Below are positions 41,946 to 57,400 of a stretch of 64,000 nucleotides of DNA, piece after piece. The stretch lies in NCBI RefSeq assembly GCF_009914755.1, contig NC_060928.1; one strand, given 5' to 3'. The position numbers and the translations under genes are program-made. The notes under the pieces were generated by a model, which saw only the letters and a list, made by a program, of their open reading frames with translations, was not told where the DNA came from and ran no database searches. The number at the start of each line of letters is the position of its first letter. Position 1 is the first letter of the stretch. Source of the stretch: the human T2T-CHM13v2.0 reference genome, Homo sapiens.

Positions 41946-44081
41946 GTTCTCCAGGCCATTAAATATTCTATATCTTTTCAAATGGCTCCATCATTCTTCC
42001 ATGTATGGATTGTCTTTTTGTTTATTTGACCAGTATTCTATTTTTTTGAATGTAGATTGTTTCCGGTATTTCTCTATTAGAAACAACCTGTGATAAACCC
42101 TGTAGCTAGATCTCTGTACCTATTGATGATTCTTTCCTTTGGACAAAATCCCAAGGGGTTTTCACATTTGAGGGGTTTTGATTTGTATTTTCAAAGTCAT
42201 TTCAGGAACATTTCTATTTTAATTCTCACCAGCATTGTATAAAAATGTCCATTTGCCCTTCCCCTTCATACTGGTTATTATTTAAGAAAATTGGATTCTT
42301 ATAAACAGCATTTAACTCTCTTCACCACAGATATTCTGGCACTATCCCAGGGGAAAAACGCCCTATAAATTTCCAAATCAAAATATATTTCTCTTGAGGA
42401 GGGAAAGGGTGAAGACATCCATTTTCCTTAGCTCTTATTATTTCTCTTTACACAATTGCCTTGTCTCCTCTTCTTCCTCACCCATATAAATGTCAAGACA
42501 TATTTCAATTCTCACCTACTACTTGTTGACTTTTTAAACACTAGCCCATACTGATCTTCCCCTTTTCTGTATTCCAGTAGCAATTATACTCCAATTAAAG
42601 ATGCACAAGGTGATCAATTGGAGTAATGGTTAAAAATATATATAAAAGCTTCTATTTATATTTTATCTTTTAAATTTCTGTTTTTGTCTGTATATTATAT
42701 AGAAATTGTACAATGGTGTCTATATCTTTTATAAATTAGTAAATTTGGGCACATGCTTAAAAGTATACTGAAAAGGATATGTATCAAATTTAGAGACTGC
42801 TAGCCTATACCTAGCAACTTGTAGTTTTGAATATTTGTAGAAGATGACAAAAGATTCATAATATAGTAAGCACACTTCTGCAAAAACATGAATTCTGAAT
42901 GCCACAAACTAGGAGTAAATCACTTACCTAGAGAGTGAGCCAGACTATTTAGAGTTTCGGAAGAGCTTTTTTTCCTACTCATAGACAGTATAACTTTTAT
43001 AAATTAATTTGTAAAACTTCTTTTGAAAAATTACTCCATTAAGAAATTCTAGTGTAAATTCTGGCGATAAAAGTAAAGGGATCTAAATAGTTTACAATAA
43101 AAAGGTGTATTGGCCATGGTGTGTATTGTGTGAGCACATGTACATGTAAGCACATTTAAAATCTGGGGAATTACAAGGGTTAGAGTTGCTATTTCACTTT
43201 TTCCAGATATGGAGCTTGACTCTTCAAATTCCAAATCCCTTCACTAGGGAATAATATATTTCTTAGCATTTCCCCAGTTTCTAACTGGTGCAGTGCTGCA
43301 ACATTAATAGTTACTCTGTGAATAGTTGGTGACTTGTTTCTATTTGATACTTGCCTCTTTTCTATGTTTAGGCATTTTTCTGACTTTAAAATTCATTGCC
43401 TACTGCAGAGAGAGACATAAGCTACAAATTAAATGTTTCCCTGTAGACTAGAAATATTCAGCAATGTATTCATTACAGTGAAAGTCTAATATAAAAGATT
43501 TGAATGATCTTATGTAATTTTCTGAAATATGATTTAGTGGTATCATATAAGCAAAACTAAGCAGAGATGTTAGATGTATTTCCTCTGTTGTTATGTAAAA
43601 GATCAAGTAGAAATCAGAGAGAAATATATTTTAAATGCTTCAGGAATGGCCTATTCCCAGATATTTGTGTTGTGGGTTAGGATGTCTACTGAGTTTACTA
43701 AAAGCCATTTTAAATAAGAAGTATGAAATTTAGTTATAAAAAATGATGATGCCAGGGATCATTTTTTAAAAAAGACAACCATCCAAACAACATTATATAA
43801 AGACAAAAGACTGTAATTACAGGCCTTCCCATTGGCCACTGAAAAGCAGGGTTCTACTAACAATAGCTTTCCTTGATTGTGTACTAATCTGCACTAGGGC
43901 TGTGCGTGCATTAGATCGTTTAATAATCTTCTCTTGAGGGATCCCCTAAAAGACAGCACTATGTATTATTTCTGTTTTGCTGTTAAAGAAAGTAAGCCTT
44001 AGAGAAGTTAAATAACTTGTCCAGAATTATACATAGTGAGTGACAGAGTGAGAGTTGAACCGAGGTCTATAGGACTCTAGA

Positions 44082-44283
44082 CCAGCACTGCACAATGGAA
44101 CTTTCAGCATTGATGGAAATGTTCCATATCTGTACTGTCCAATTTGGTAGCCACTAGCCCCAAGAGAATACTGAACACTTGAAATACGACTAGTGCAACT
44201 GAAGAACTGAATTTAAAATTTTTATTTAAATTAAAATAGCCTCATGGGGCTAGTGGCTACTGTATTGGACAGCACAGCTCTAG
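44082..44283. mobile_element. MER3/MER33-like hAT MITE
   Basis: gatggaaatgttccatatctg...ggtagccactagcc...ggctagtggctactgtattggacagcacag; palindromic layout. Confidence 0.8.
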
Positions 44284-44389
44284 AAACTTCCTGAAATGTG
44301 CTTCTTCGCTCACCAATACCTCCTTAATTCTCTTTTCCTATTATATGCTAAACAAAAGATATAATAGGAACAAAAAGAGTAAGGAAGTC

Positions 44390-44720
44390 TTACCAGAGGT
44401 GCTTACCAGAGGCTGAGGATGGGGAGTGCCAAAGAGAGACTTGGGTCAGTGTGCACAAAGTTACAATTAGGAGGAACAAGTTCTCGTGTGCCATTGCACA
44501 GGAAGGTGACTATGGTTAATAGCTAAAAGAGAGGGCTTTAAATAGCTAAAAGAGAGGGCTCTAAATGTTTTTCACCACAAAGAATTGATAAATATTAGAG
44601 TTAATGAATTTGTTAATTAGCCTGATTTGAGCAGTTCACTACATATACATGTATCAAAACATCACATTATACCCTATAAATATATATAATTGTTATTTGT
44701 CAATAATATTTAAAAAATTA
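44390..44720 (+). mobile_element. L1MA-like 3' end
   Basis: aggaggaacaagttct...ttaattagcctgattt...atcaaaacatcacattataccctataaatatatataatt. Confidence 0.8.
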
Positions 44721-45238
44721 TTTTTAAAATATGGTGTTCAAATCTCGCCTCCGACCTATTGAATCAGTCTCAGGGTATGAGGCCTTGAACACTGCGACTG
44801 AAATGCTCCCTGGGTTGTCCTGACTTGTTTCAGCATCTGAACCAAAATACCCTGAAAGTTCTTGACAAGAAAATTATTAACTGGGCATATGCCAACATCA
44901 GAAGTAGCCTATAATAACAGTGATGATAGTATTACAAAGTTCTGTTGTTCTTTCAGAACTTAACATTGATTAGCATCTGTGTTAGATGATGGCAGTTCAT
45001 CACTCATTCAACTAATTTATTTGTTTAATCATCACTTGTAGTTTGATATGAAGTACAAGAAATGTGATACAAAATATAGGAGTCTTAAGAAAGACGTACT
45101 TGATTTATTTACTTGTTCTTGAATTTATGGCTTATAAAAATTAGATATTATAATTTTTCCCCTCCTTAGGTCACTAATGCTCTTATAATCATTTGTCAAT
45201 ATTTTAACAGTATAAAACTTTATCAAAAAATATTTTAA

Positions 45239-45558
<320 letters not shown>

Positions 45559-46667
45559 TAGTACCTGCGAAATCTTCAAATTATTATTCATCAAAACCAC
45601 CATTATTTTTTTGCTTATGTTATCCTGTCTCCTAAATTTTAAAATAGTTTCTAATTCTCATTTATTTGTATAAGCATATATAATTACATACTATTCAACC
45701 CATTTTTATAATAATGATCTTAAATGTGAAGTTGAGTATTACTTGACTTGGATTTTCCAAGTCATTACACCAGTAATATTCATAGTGTACAACACATCCT
45801 TTCTAGATAATATACATTTGACTTCTGTTGTCATTATTGACAATTATCCTCCAAGGGCATTTATCTGATGCCCATGTTTGTATGGTACTGAAAATACATT
45901 GGACTAGGAGGATTTAGGAAGGAATATTTATCAGTTAAGGCATTGTTAACTTCTAAAACAGATAAATCTTAGTTCAATGTGAGTGTTCTTGCTTGAGTGA
46001 TCTTTTATGTATTTTACTTCTTCCTTTTTCTAAGTCTTCAATCCTCTCCCTTCAACCCGTGTATAGAGAAAGAAAATATGGAAAAGCCATACCTGTTCTT
46101 AGCCACTTTAAGGTGAACTGTGTGATGTAATAGTTCATTTCCATAAGAACACATCTATTTGCAAGAGAGGCTGGGAAATATAGTCTAGCTATATTCTCAG
46201 GCGGAAAAAAGAATATTTTGGTGAACACATAGCAGTTTCTGTGATAGCCCTATCTCTGCCATGAATGAACTCTGACTCTTGGCAAGGCACTTAATCTCCT
46301 TAGCTTAAGTTCCTTTACTTTAAAAGTAAGAAATATGGTGACTTTTTTCTTTTTTGATAAGGTTATTATATTAACAAGATTCTCTTAAGATATAGTGGGG
46401 CTTGATTCAACAAAGCATATGTCACAACCATCATATCCTTAAAAGAAGATCTGATGAGAAATGAGAACTAAGTTATGGCACAGTCACTGGTTTTATAGTT
46501 AATTGCATAACCAACCGACTTTGATTACTTGATTTAAGTGATCCTGGAGAGGAGAACTGGGTGTGAGGGTGAGGAGGAAAGAACTGGACTCAGGACTTCA
46601 TTCTTAGTCCTAACCTTTTCACTTTTTCACAGTTTTTATCAGTAAATCATATGAAAACAGAACATAC

Positions 46668-46973
46668 AGGTGGGTGTGGTGGCTCACACCTGTAACCCTA
46701 GCACTTTGGGAGGCTGAGGTGGGCAGATCTCCTGAGGTCAGGAGTTCGAGACCAGCCTGACCAACATAGAGAAACCCCATCTCTACTAAAAATACAAAAG
46801 TAGCTGGGTGTGGTGGTGCAAGCCTGTAATCTCAGCTACTTAGGAGGCTGAGGCAGGACAATTGTTTGAACTCAGTAGGCGGAGGTTGTGGTGAGACGAG
46901 ATCGCGCCATTGCACTCCAGCCTGGGCAACAAGAGCGAAATTCCGTCTCAAACAAAAAAAAAAAAAGAAAGAA
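46668..46973 (+). mobile_element. AluS
   Basis: Full dimer with A tail. Confidence 0.95.
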
Positions 46974-47581
46974 ATCAGAATGCCTACTCTTCAAATTATA
47001 ATTTAGAAATTTCAAATAATTTTTTAGACAGCTGTATTAGGCTATCAAATTCCTTTAACCTGTAATATAAGTTATAGATTACCTGGGCTTTTGAGGACTG
47101 GACAGAGAACCAAAATAATTATTTATAACACTATTTTTATGACAATATATTTTTTAATGAACTTGACTTGAATTTGTATTTCCAAAATAATTTAATTGCC
47201 TTTCTGCCTTCAAAGATGAATGATCTCTTATATCCTTAAATATAACGTTAGGAGATGTGGTTATCAATATGAATATAGCTTAGCTCTTTTTCAGCAGAGA
47301 CATTGGCTTTAACAGAGAAAAGACCTCACAAAAAGATACTACAAAGAATATATGTAGCAATTAATTAACAGTTTATATTCACTTACAGTGTTTACAAGAA
47401 TCATATGACTTAAGGCATCATTGATTTTTAAGAGACTAAAATGATGAATGATTATACATTAATATTGATAGGTAGCATTGATTTCTTCTATTACATTTGA
47501 AGGCTTTCAAAAGACTTAATAGGAAAGATCTTTTTAATGTGATAGTGATATTTCAAAATGTGTGTTTTTTTTTCTTTTCAG

Positions 47582-47764
47582 GACTTCCAATAGTAGTCAG
47601 ACATTATCATCCTGTCATACTATGGAGCCATGTACATCAGATGAATTTTTCCAAGCCCTTAATCATGCCGAGCAAACATTTAAAAAAATGGAAAACTATT
47701 TGAGACATAAACAGTTGTGTGATGTAATTTTAGTCGCTGGTGATCGCAGAATTCCAGCTCACAG
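47582..47764 (+). CDS. KLHL5: KLHL5 coding exon, start of BTB domain
   Basis: Acceptor ttttcttttcag|G. Encodes RTSNSSQ...MEPCTSDEFF...KQLCDVILVAGDRRIPAHR. Donor AG|gtagtt. 183 nt, phase 2-2. Confidence 0.96.
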
Positions 47765-48793
47765 GTAGTTGTTTTCTATATTTCTGTATGTGTGAAATAT
47801 TTCCTCGGTAATTTAGATATGTATATTGAGGTAACCTACTTCAATTGACTATTATGTTTTTGGGAAGGGGTGTAGTTCATGGAATTTCCATCAAGAAAAC
47901 AGTGCATATGAAATTATTACACATTTGGTGATCCTAAAAGGGTCATTTTCCTGCTGTAGAAGCACAATAACAAAACATACTAGCCTCATATAAGTTGGTA
48001 TTGTTCGGTGTAGATTGCAGCTACTATAAGAAGCTTTTATGCCATATTCTACCTATTAAATACTTTAAGTAAACTCAGTGGCAATTAAAGTTTGTGGATA
48101 TTTAGAAGAAGAAAAGCTGGTGAAGTGGACTAGCAAAAACTGTTAAGAGTTTTTAAAATAGCCATATCTATCCCAACTTCTGTTTGCTGATTTCCAAGAA
48201 GTATGAAAAGCAGTGCTAGGGAAAAAAAGCCTTTCCTACAAATTACATATTATTTCTTGAAGTAAGAAAAGGAAAAGAGCCATTTAATAAAGAATAATTC
48301 ATTTTTTTATAATTCTGTATTCAGTTGTTCATTGTTAATCACCACTATGATTCTCAAAGGTTTTTTTTTTTTTTTTTGGATGCCCATCAAAACTAATTGA
48401 CACTGTGTCCCAAAGGTTTTTTTTAAAAACCTTCCAAAGAGAGATAACATCGGAAAAAGCCTTCTAGACATTGGCTTAGGCAAAGACTTCATGACCAATA
48501 ACCCAAAAGCAAATGCAACAAAAACAAAGATAAATAGATGGGACTTAATTAAACTAAAAAGCTTCTGCACAGCAAAAGAAAGAATGTCTGTAAGTTAACA
48601 GACAACCCACAGAGAGGGAGAAAATCTTCACAATCTGTACATCCGACAAAGGACTAATATCCAGAATCTACCAAAAAACTCAAATAAATCAGAAAAAAAA
48701 AAACAGTCCCATCAAAAAGTGGGCTAAGGACATGAATAGATAGTTCTCAAAAGAAGATCTACAAATGGCCAACAAGCATATGAAAACATATTT

Positions 48794-49114
<321 letters not shown>

Positions 49115-49722
49115 TCAGGGAGATGCAAGTCAGAACCACAAGGCAATACCACCTTACTCTTGCAAGAATGGCCACAATCATAAAATCGAAAAATAATCAA
49201 TGTTGGCATAGATATTGGTGAAAAGGGGACACTTTTACACTGTTGGCAGGAATGCAAACTAGTGCAAACACTACAGAAAACAGTGTGGATATTCCTTAAA
49301 GAACTAAAGGTAAAAAAAAAAAAAACAAAAAACAAACCAAAAAAAAAACTAAAAGTAGATCTACCATTTGATCCAGCAATCCCACTACTAACTATCAATT
49401 CAGAGGAAAAGAAGTCATTATATGAAAAAGATGTTTGCACACAAGTTTATAGCACCACAATTTTCAATTGCAAAATTATAGAACCAGCCCAAATGCCCAT
49501 CAATCAACAGGTGGATAAAGAAAATGTGGTGTATACATATATCATGGAATACTACTCACCTATAAAAAGGAATGAAATAATGGGATTCTCAGCAACCTGG
49601 ATGGAACTGGAGACTTACTCTAAGTGAAGTAACTCAAGAATGGAAAACCAAACATCATATGTTCTCTCTCATAAGTGGGAGCTAAGCTATGAGGATGCAA
49701 AGGCATAAGAATGATACAATGA

Positions 49723-50470
<748 letters not shown>

Positions 50471-50689
50471 TCATGTAACAAAACACCACCCATTGCCCCA
50501 AAACCTACTGAAATAAGAAATAAAAAATAAAAAACCTTCCAAAGTGGAAATAAAATCATTAGGAGGAATTGGCTTGGTATTAAAATTTTCAGTGACTCAA
50601 TTAGCATACATTTATTGAGATACTACTATGTACTGTGACAGAAAGTCCAGGTTATGAACGTGGGTTTGTTAGAAAAGCTATTTCAACCC

Positions 50690-51465
50690 GAATTTCATAG
50701 AGGCACCTCAAATTCTGTATTTCCAAAACTGAACTCATTCATTACCTTACCTGCCATGCTTGTGTGAGCCATCAACATCTCACTTAGATGACTGATGCAA
50801 AAGCCTCCCAACTGGTCTCCCTGCCTCCACTCTTTGCCCCTACATTCTGTTTTAACGTAGCTACCTGAGTGATCCTTTAAAGTGGAACTCAGATTCAGTC
50901 ATTTCTTTGATCAAATCTTTCATTGACTCCTCATGTCACTGAGTGTGAAAGGGAAAGTACATGCAATGGCGTACACGATCCAGCCTGCCGTATCTCTCTA
51001 GTATTGTCCTATTGGTCTCTGTCTTGTTCAGTCAGCATCAGCCACTCAGAACCTCTTGTAGTTCCTTGCATGTGCCAGGCATGCTGCTCCTACCTTTGGA
51101 ATTTTGCACTATTTCTTCTGCCTGAAGGCTATTTCCAGATACCTGCATGACCAAATCCTAAACCTCCTTCACATCTTTGCCCGTGTCACTTTCCGGTGAG
51201 ACCACCTATTTAAACTTACCACCCTTTCCCCATTTGCCTTTGCCCAACTTTTTTTCCCCTTAGCACTTATCACCTCTTAATGTACTACAGAATTTACTTC
51301 TACTGATCATTGTCTCCCTACCCTCTAAATGTAAGACTCCATAAGAGAAGGGATCTTTTGTCTTATTTTGTACCCAATGTATCTCAAGTATCTAGAACAG
51401 TACCCAGTATTTACTGGACACACATCAGTATTTGTTCATTAAATGAATGAATGAATGAATGAATG
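50690..51465. mobile_element. L2 fragment ending in (TGAA)n
   Basis: ccaaaactgaactc...gcctcccaactggtctccctgcctcc...ctagaacagtaccca...tgaatgaatgaatgaatg. Confidence 0.8.
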
Positions 51466-51858
51466 GGCAGTTTTCTGAAGAAGCAACCAATGGCCAATAA
51501 ACATTTGAAAAACCTCACTAGCAATCAGATAAATGAAAATTGAAACAACAATGAGATATCATTTAACACTTTATGGCCAAAAATTTTAACATCTGATAAT
51601 ATTATGGGGAAAATGTTAGTCTTATACAATGCTGGTGGGGTCTAAATTGGTACCTTACTTTGGCAAATCTAATGACTCAGCAGTGCCACTCCTGGGGAGG
51701 TAAGAAAATGGAATTAGAGAGGGAGCCAATGATTATCTGTATCATAATTTTTATTACTTTTAAAAATGAAAATGTTTATTTAAAATCTATTTAAGTGTGT
51801 TGACATGGAAATATCTTCAAGACATTATCCAGTGAAAAAATGCCTGTTTCAAAAATAC

Positions 51859-52150
51859 GGCCAGGTGCTGTGACTCACTCCTGTAATCCTAGCTCTTTGG
51901 GAGGCTCAGGTGGGCTGATTACTTAAGGCCAGGAGTTCAAGACCAACCTGGCCATCATGGCGAAACTCCATCTCTACTAAAAATAAAAAAATTAGCTGGA
52001 CATGGTAGTCACGTCTGTAATCCCAGCTACTCAGGAGGCTGAGGCAGGAGAATTGCTTGAACCTGGGAAGCAGAGGTTGCAGTGAGCCGAGATCATAGCA
52101 TGGCACGCCAGCCTAGGAGACAGAATGAGACTGTCTCAAAAAAAAAAAAA
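51859..52150 (+). mobile_element. AluS
   Basis: Full dimer with A tail. Confidence 0.95.
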
Positions 52151-52716
52151 TTATAATTTAAATGTATTATATATGACCATTAAAAACTTAGAGACATAGC
52201 TAATATATTTTATAATTATAAAAAATATAGTTTTATAGTGTTATTACAACATAATTTTAAAACAAAATGCAGACTAAGATAATAATAGAATATTATAAAA
52301 GTTTAAAACTTGCTAGCAAAAACCATTTTCAAATGTCTCCCATATATTCACTACTTCTATAATTAAATTTTTTTAAAAATGGCTTAGTTTATTTTCAAAA
52401 ATGATAAACAATAACTTTTAAATTTTTTCCTTTATATAGTTGATTTGATGCTATGGGCTTATAGCTTGTTTTCTGGATGTCATATAGCATTATTTGAGTA
52501 GTGAAGTGGTAAAGCATTCACCTCAGCAGAAAATTTGGTAATGGTAATTTATTATTCAAAGGAAGGAACTAGAGCATAAAGCAATTTGTCAAGCTTAAAA
52601 TGCATTTCCTAGTACCATGCACTGTGAGTAACAAATAAAAAAGAAGCAGCAGCATTTATTAATGAACATCAACTCGAATGTGGTCATTGATTTTTTTTTT
52701 CCTAATGTGTTCACAG

Positions 52717-52853
52717 ATTGGTGCTCTCCTCTGTCTCAGACTATTTTGCTGCCATGTTTACTAATGATGTCAGAGAGGCAAGACAAGAAGAAATAAAAAT
52801 GGAAGGTGTAGAACCAAATTCGTTGTGGTCCTTGATCCAGTATGCTTATACAG
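52717..52853 (+). CDS. KLHL5: KLHL5 coding exon, BTB domain
   Basis: Acceptor ttcacag|A. Encodes [45 protein letters not shown]. Donor G|gtaacg. 137 nt, frame-consistent. Confidence 0.96.
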
Positions 52854-53130
52854 GTAACGAGTCTGAAAATGTAAATTAAAACCTCTTAGATTTATGTTGT
52901 ATTATTAGATTTCAGATTTCTGTTTTTAGAAAGCATGCCATAGCTAACAGTTAGTTCTGCTATTGTCATTACTACCCTTTGTATTTAACCTGGTGATGAA
53001 TTAAAATTTCCATACTAAAACCTTTAAAATGGTTATCATAATTAAGTTTTTGAATGGCCCTTTAAAATGTTAATATAAAAATTAAATGAATTACATAGTG
53101 TCAAATTTTTGCATTTAAAATTTGAGAGTT

Positions 53131-53298
53131 GGCCAGGTGCAGTGGCTTATGCCTGTAAATCCCAGCACTTCGGGAAGCCAAGGCAGGACGGATGATCGCT
53201 TGAGCCCAGGAGTTCGATGCTGCAGTGAGCCATTGGTTACACCACTGCACTCCAGCCTGGGCAATAGAACAAGACCGTGTCTCAAAAAAAAAAAAAAA
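53131..53298 (+). mobile_element. FRAM/FAM-like Alu monomer
   Basis: Single-arm element with A tail and TSD aaaatt(t)gagagtt. Confidence 0.85.
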
Positions 53299-53576
53299 TT
53301 GAGAGTTATACAGGTATATAGTAGACATAAGTTACTAACGTATCATTTTAAAATTCTGAAAATAAGCCATTAGTTTTTATTTTAGTAGATGTCTCAAGGA
53401 GCTAATAATTTTTTCCCCATTTAGTCCTTCTTTTCTTTTTGGGATGTCTTAAACCATGTAGGTCTGTAATGCATGTAATGAGCTCTTATATGGAACCACT
53501 ACTGTTAACATCAATTATTTTATAAAATAAGGTTAATGTAGTTCCATGGCTAATGGAATTTCTTTTTATCATTAAG

Positions 53577-53773
53577 GCCGCCTTGAATTAAAAGAAGATA
53601 ATATTGAGTGCCTGTTATCTACAGCTTGCCTTCTTCAGCTTTCACAGGTTGTAGAAGCATGCTGTAAGTTTTTAATGAAACAGCTTCATCCATCCAACTG
53701 TCTTGGAATTCGTTCTTTTGCTGATGCCCAAGGTTGTACAGATTTGCATAAAGTGGCTCACAATTATACTATG
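53577..53773 (+). CDS. KLHL5: KLHL5 coding exon, BTB end / BACK start
   Basis: Acceptor tttttatcattaag|GC. Encodes [66 protein letters not shown]. Donor ATG|gtatgt. 197 nt. Confidence 0.96.
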
Positions 53774-54311
53774 GTATGTATTTTTTGAAGGTGAGAAAGT
53801 CGATCCTCCATATGCATATTTCTTATTGTTGCAGGCTTATCTGCATGTTACTGTTTTCCCATGGCTCTGCCACGTGTCTTGCGATTGAGCTTCATTGCCT
53901 AGTGTGTCATATTTTCATTGAGTTATAATGGGAAAGCACCAAGTAATACTTCTCGTGGGTATCTGAATCAAGCCCTAAGTTACTGCAGTCACTGGGAAGC
54001 AGAACAGTGGCCTAGGACTGTTCCATTAAGATTTTCAGATTTGCTGCTTTTTAAAATAGGACTCTCCCCAAACATTTTACTTTGCTGCACATGGATGAAT
54101 TTCAGGATTGTTCACATATTCACTGATAGAAATTGGTGACAGAGGTTGCAGCATATTGGTAGAGGAGAAATGGGAGGCTTTTTGTTAAGGATAAATCTGA
54201 CTATGTATAAACTATTTACAGCCATGTAGAATGATGTTTTTATTCATTATAGCAAATTATGTGCTCAATAAATCATAGAAGAGGTTCTGATTCAGTAGCC
54301 TGAAGGATGAT

Positions 54312-54403
54312 AAAATGAAATAATCTGTACAACAAACCCCCATGATACAAGTGTACCTGTATGACAAACCTTCACATGTACCCCTGAACTTAAAAGTTAA
54401 AAA
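54312..54403 (+). mobile_element. L1PA-like extreme 3' end
   Basis: atgaaataatctgtacaacaaacccccatgatacaag...cacatgtacccctgaacttaaaagtt. Confidence 0.85.
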
Positions 54404-57400
54404 ATGGATTGACCTAGGATAGTAAGAAAATAAGGGCATGTTGAGAGCATAGTGTTAGGACCACCCTCTGTGGTCTTAACAGTAGAGGGGTGCAGGCAAG
54501 GGAGGGTGTTATGGGTTTTTGAGGAATGTTCATGTTGCCACACTGTAGCAGTTAGTTCTTCACACCTGGGCAATGACTGAAGAGTGTTGCTTTAAATGCT
54601 TCAGTTTAGGGCAATACAGTTTCTAAGAGAAGAAAAAATGTGAATATTCACATACATATGTACAGTTATGGATATTACCAATTTTATCAACATTTAAGAA
54701 ATGTTATTTTGCCTACCCTCTCCTCCGTCGTTCCACTGAGTTGGGATATGAAGAGATTGAGAGTGCTTTAGGAATCTTTCATTAGAGAAATAGAGATTTG
54801 GAAAAATTGTAAGAATAGGTATTTACAAACTATTGGCAAGATCAATTCTGTCTACTTCATGAGCTTGGTGTGAGGATTAGATGAGTTAATGGAATTTTAA
54901 CACTCAGAACATTGATTGGCATGTCATATATCCAGTCAATGAGTCTCATTCCATTGTTGTCATCATCATTATATAGATTTCCTCTATCCAACACAATAGA
55001 AAATTATGGGAGGGAACAAAAGCACTCACAAAACCACAGCCTTTAATGACTGGTTTTCCTCCCTGTGGTGTAATCATTTCTCAGGAATTTTTTATGATAG
55101 TCACAGAGTCTCAACTGAAAAAATAAAGAGATTGTACAACAGGATGATAATATATAGCCCTAGCATGCTATTATGTTGACATTTTAAAAATTAAGTCCAT
55201 TGAAATGTTTTTTTCCCTCGGTCTTTATCACTCTTTATAGATTCTCATTTTAACCATACACCTGCAGTTTCAACTACTTTTTTGAATGAGATGAATATAA
55301 ATAAAGTTGGATTTTTTTCTTCAAAATCAGTTTAGAATTTGAATAATCATCTTTTTTCTAGGAAGGTGTTTTATTCAGGTGAAAACATTTGTATGCATTT
55401 AGGTCACTCCTGTTGTTTACAGTAGAGGCATGATTGCTGCTTTAAGGCTTACACAGAAATTAAATTTAAATTAGCTGGATGTTTTTAAAGCTATTTTCAT
55501 AGCCAATTAGTTGTGTTAGATTTTTTTTCTCAAGGCCATTATTTAACATTATTCAGTTTTAACAGAGACATGAAATTGAATTCTAATAACAATAAGTAAT
55601 TTAGAGGCAGCTTGTCTGATTTGAATTGTTGCTATGGGAACCAAATGAAAATGTATAGCAAAATTCAATCTTCAATTTAAATAAATCCCTCCGTAATTTC
55701 AGTTGCCTAAAAACTATTCCAAAGGGGGAAAGGTCACAATGCTAGCAAGCGTTTGGTAACATGATAGTTGTGTATATTATAATATGGATTTAAAATGTAA
55801 AGCATAATGCCACGCCAGTGAGTTCAATCAGTGAATGGTGCGTGGACTGGGGATGTTCACTGATCCTGCACGAATACAAGTGGTAAAAAATGAGGAGTCC
55901 TCTCCAGGATCCATGAATCTGGAAACCTGTTTTCTCATTCTGCCTGCCACTGAACATGACCTGGAGCAAGTCATGTAACCTCTAAAAAAGTCTTAAGACT
56001 GGTTGTATGATTACAACTATTTAATGTCATTTTGAATTTATGACACAAATAAAAACATTTAATTTTAAAACTTAAAATTGTCTTTCTCAATCTAGAAGAC
56101 TTATAAAAAACATTGAGATCTGCTAAAGTAGCTGCTTCAAAACCAAATTAATACTTTTGAAAAATACTTTGTATTCAACCTTGAGTTCAGTAGTATTTCA
56201 TAAGTTGTTGAAAAACTCAGTTTTCACTTAATGTAAGTTATACTAGAATGGAATGGGCATTATTCTGAAATAGATATATCAACAAATAATTCGTCAAGTG
56301 CATATTTACGTGATAGTCCTTTTGTTACTGATGAAATCCAATTAATGCCATTTGAAAGTATGGCATAGTTATACCAATGTATAAATCTGTCAATTATACT
56401 TTATATGTTTAAGGAATTGGAAATATATATTATTATTTCAGTTTCTTCACAATCTCACATAACATTTTATCATAAGTACCTTTCCATGTACCTACGTGAT
56501 CTTTGTCTTTGAAATTTTTAATGCTTATTTAATATACAGCTCCCTATAACTGAACATATAGGCTATTTCCCATTTTTTACCATTGTAAATAATAATACAG
56601 AGAAGTATTGTTAGGTAGTCAGCTTTGCTTTTTGCTTACAAATTATTATTAAGGTTTAAATTACAAGTGGGATAACTGGGTTGAGAGTTTCAACATTTTT
56701 GTAGATCTTGCTATGTGTTACCAAAATAATGTCAGTATGCAATTCAATAGAACCTTTTGCTTGAAGCCATTCTAGCACTGAAGTTTTATTAAAATATGTT
56801 TCTGAAAATGATAATCCATCATTTAAAATAGACTCATTTAGACATCCTTGAACAAATCATGATAAATTGAAGCAATTGAAATTCATTAATTATTCATGAA
56901 TGGTTTTCCCCTTTAGAACTTCTACTGATAGGAATGTCAAGCTAATATATATTTTAGATTAGTACCTCACTCAGGTTACCACAGGCTATATGGAAAATAT
57001 AATTCTCATTTTAATATAGAAGATAGTTATTGATAGTCCTTATTTCTAGCTCTAATTTAAACAGCTTTAGCTTCTTTAGTAAACCTCTGCATGCTGAGAC
57101 AGCGATAATACATCAGGAAATATGAGAAAAACATTAAGGGACAATATGTGTCTAGTATTTGCATTTATAACCGTGTCAACTATCCATTCATTAAGACTTA
57201 AAACCTTTCAAATCAGATGGTATGTTTTCCTTCTCTCCAGATTATTTAGCATAATAGCCTATCAAGGTCATCTCACACCTAAGGGCATTTTTATTTCCCA
57301 TTTCAAATTATAGAGGATTTGATTCTAACGTGAGGCCAGGACTGAGTCATCTTCAGTCTAATGTCCTGATCCCAGGGCATTATAGGTCACTACTTTTTTT

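Noticed and set aside
49262-49627. 121-aa ORF similar to the L1 ORF2 C-terminus
   Set aside because: Fragment of a 5'-truncated, Alu-interrupted L1; not an active element or gene.
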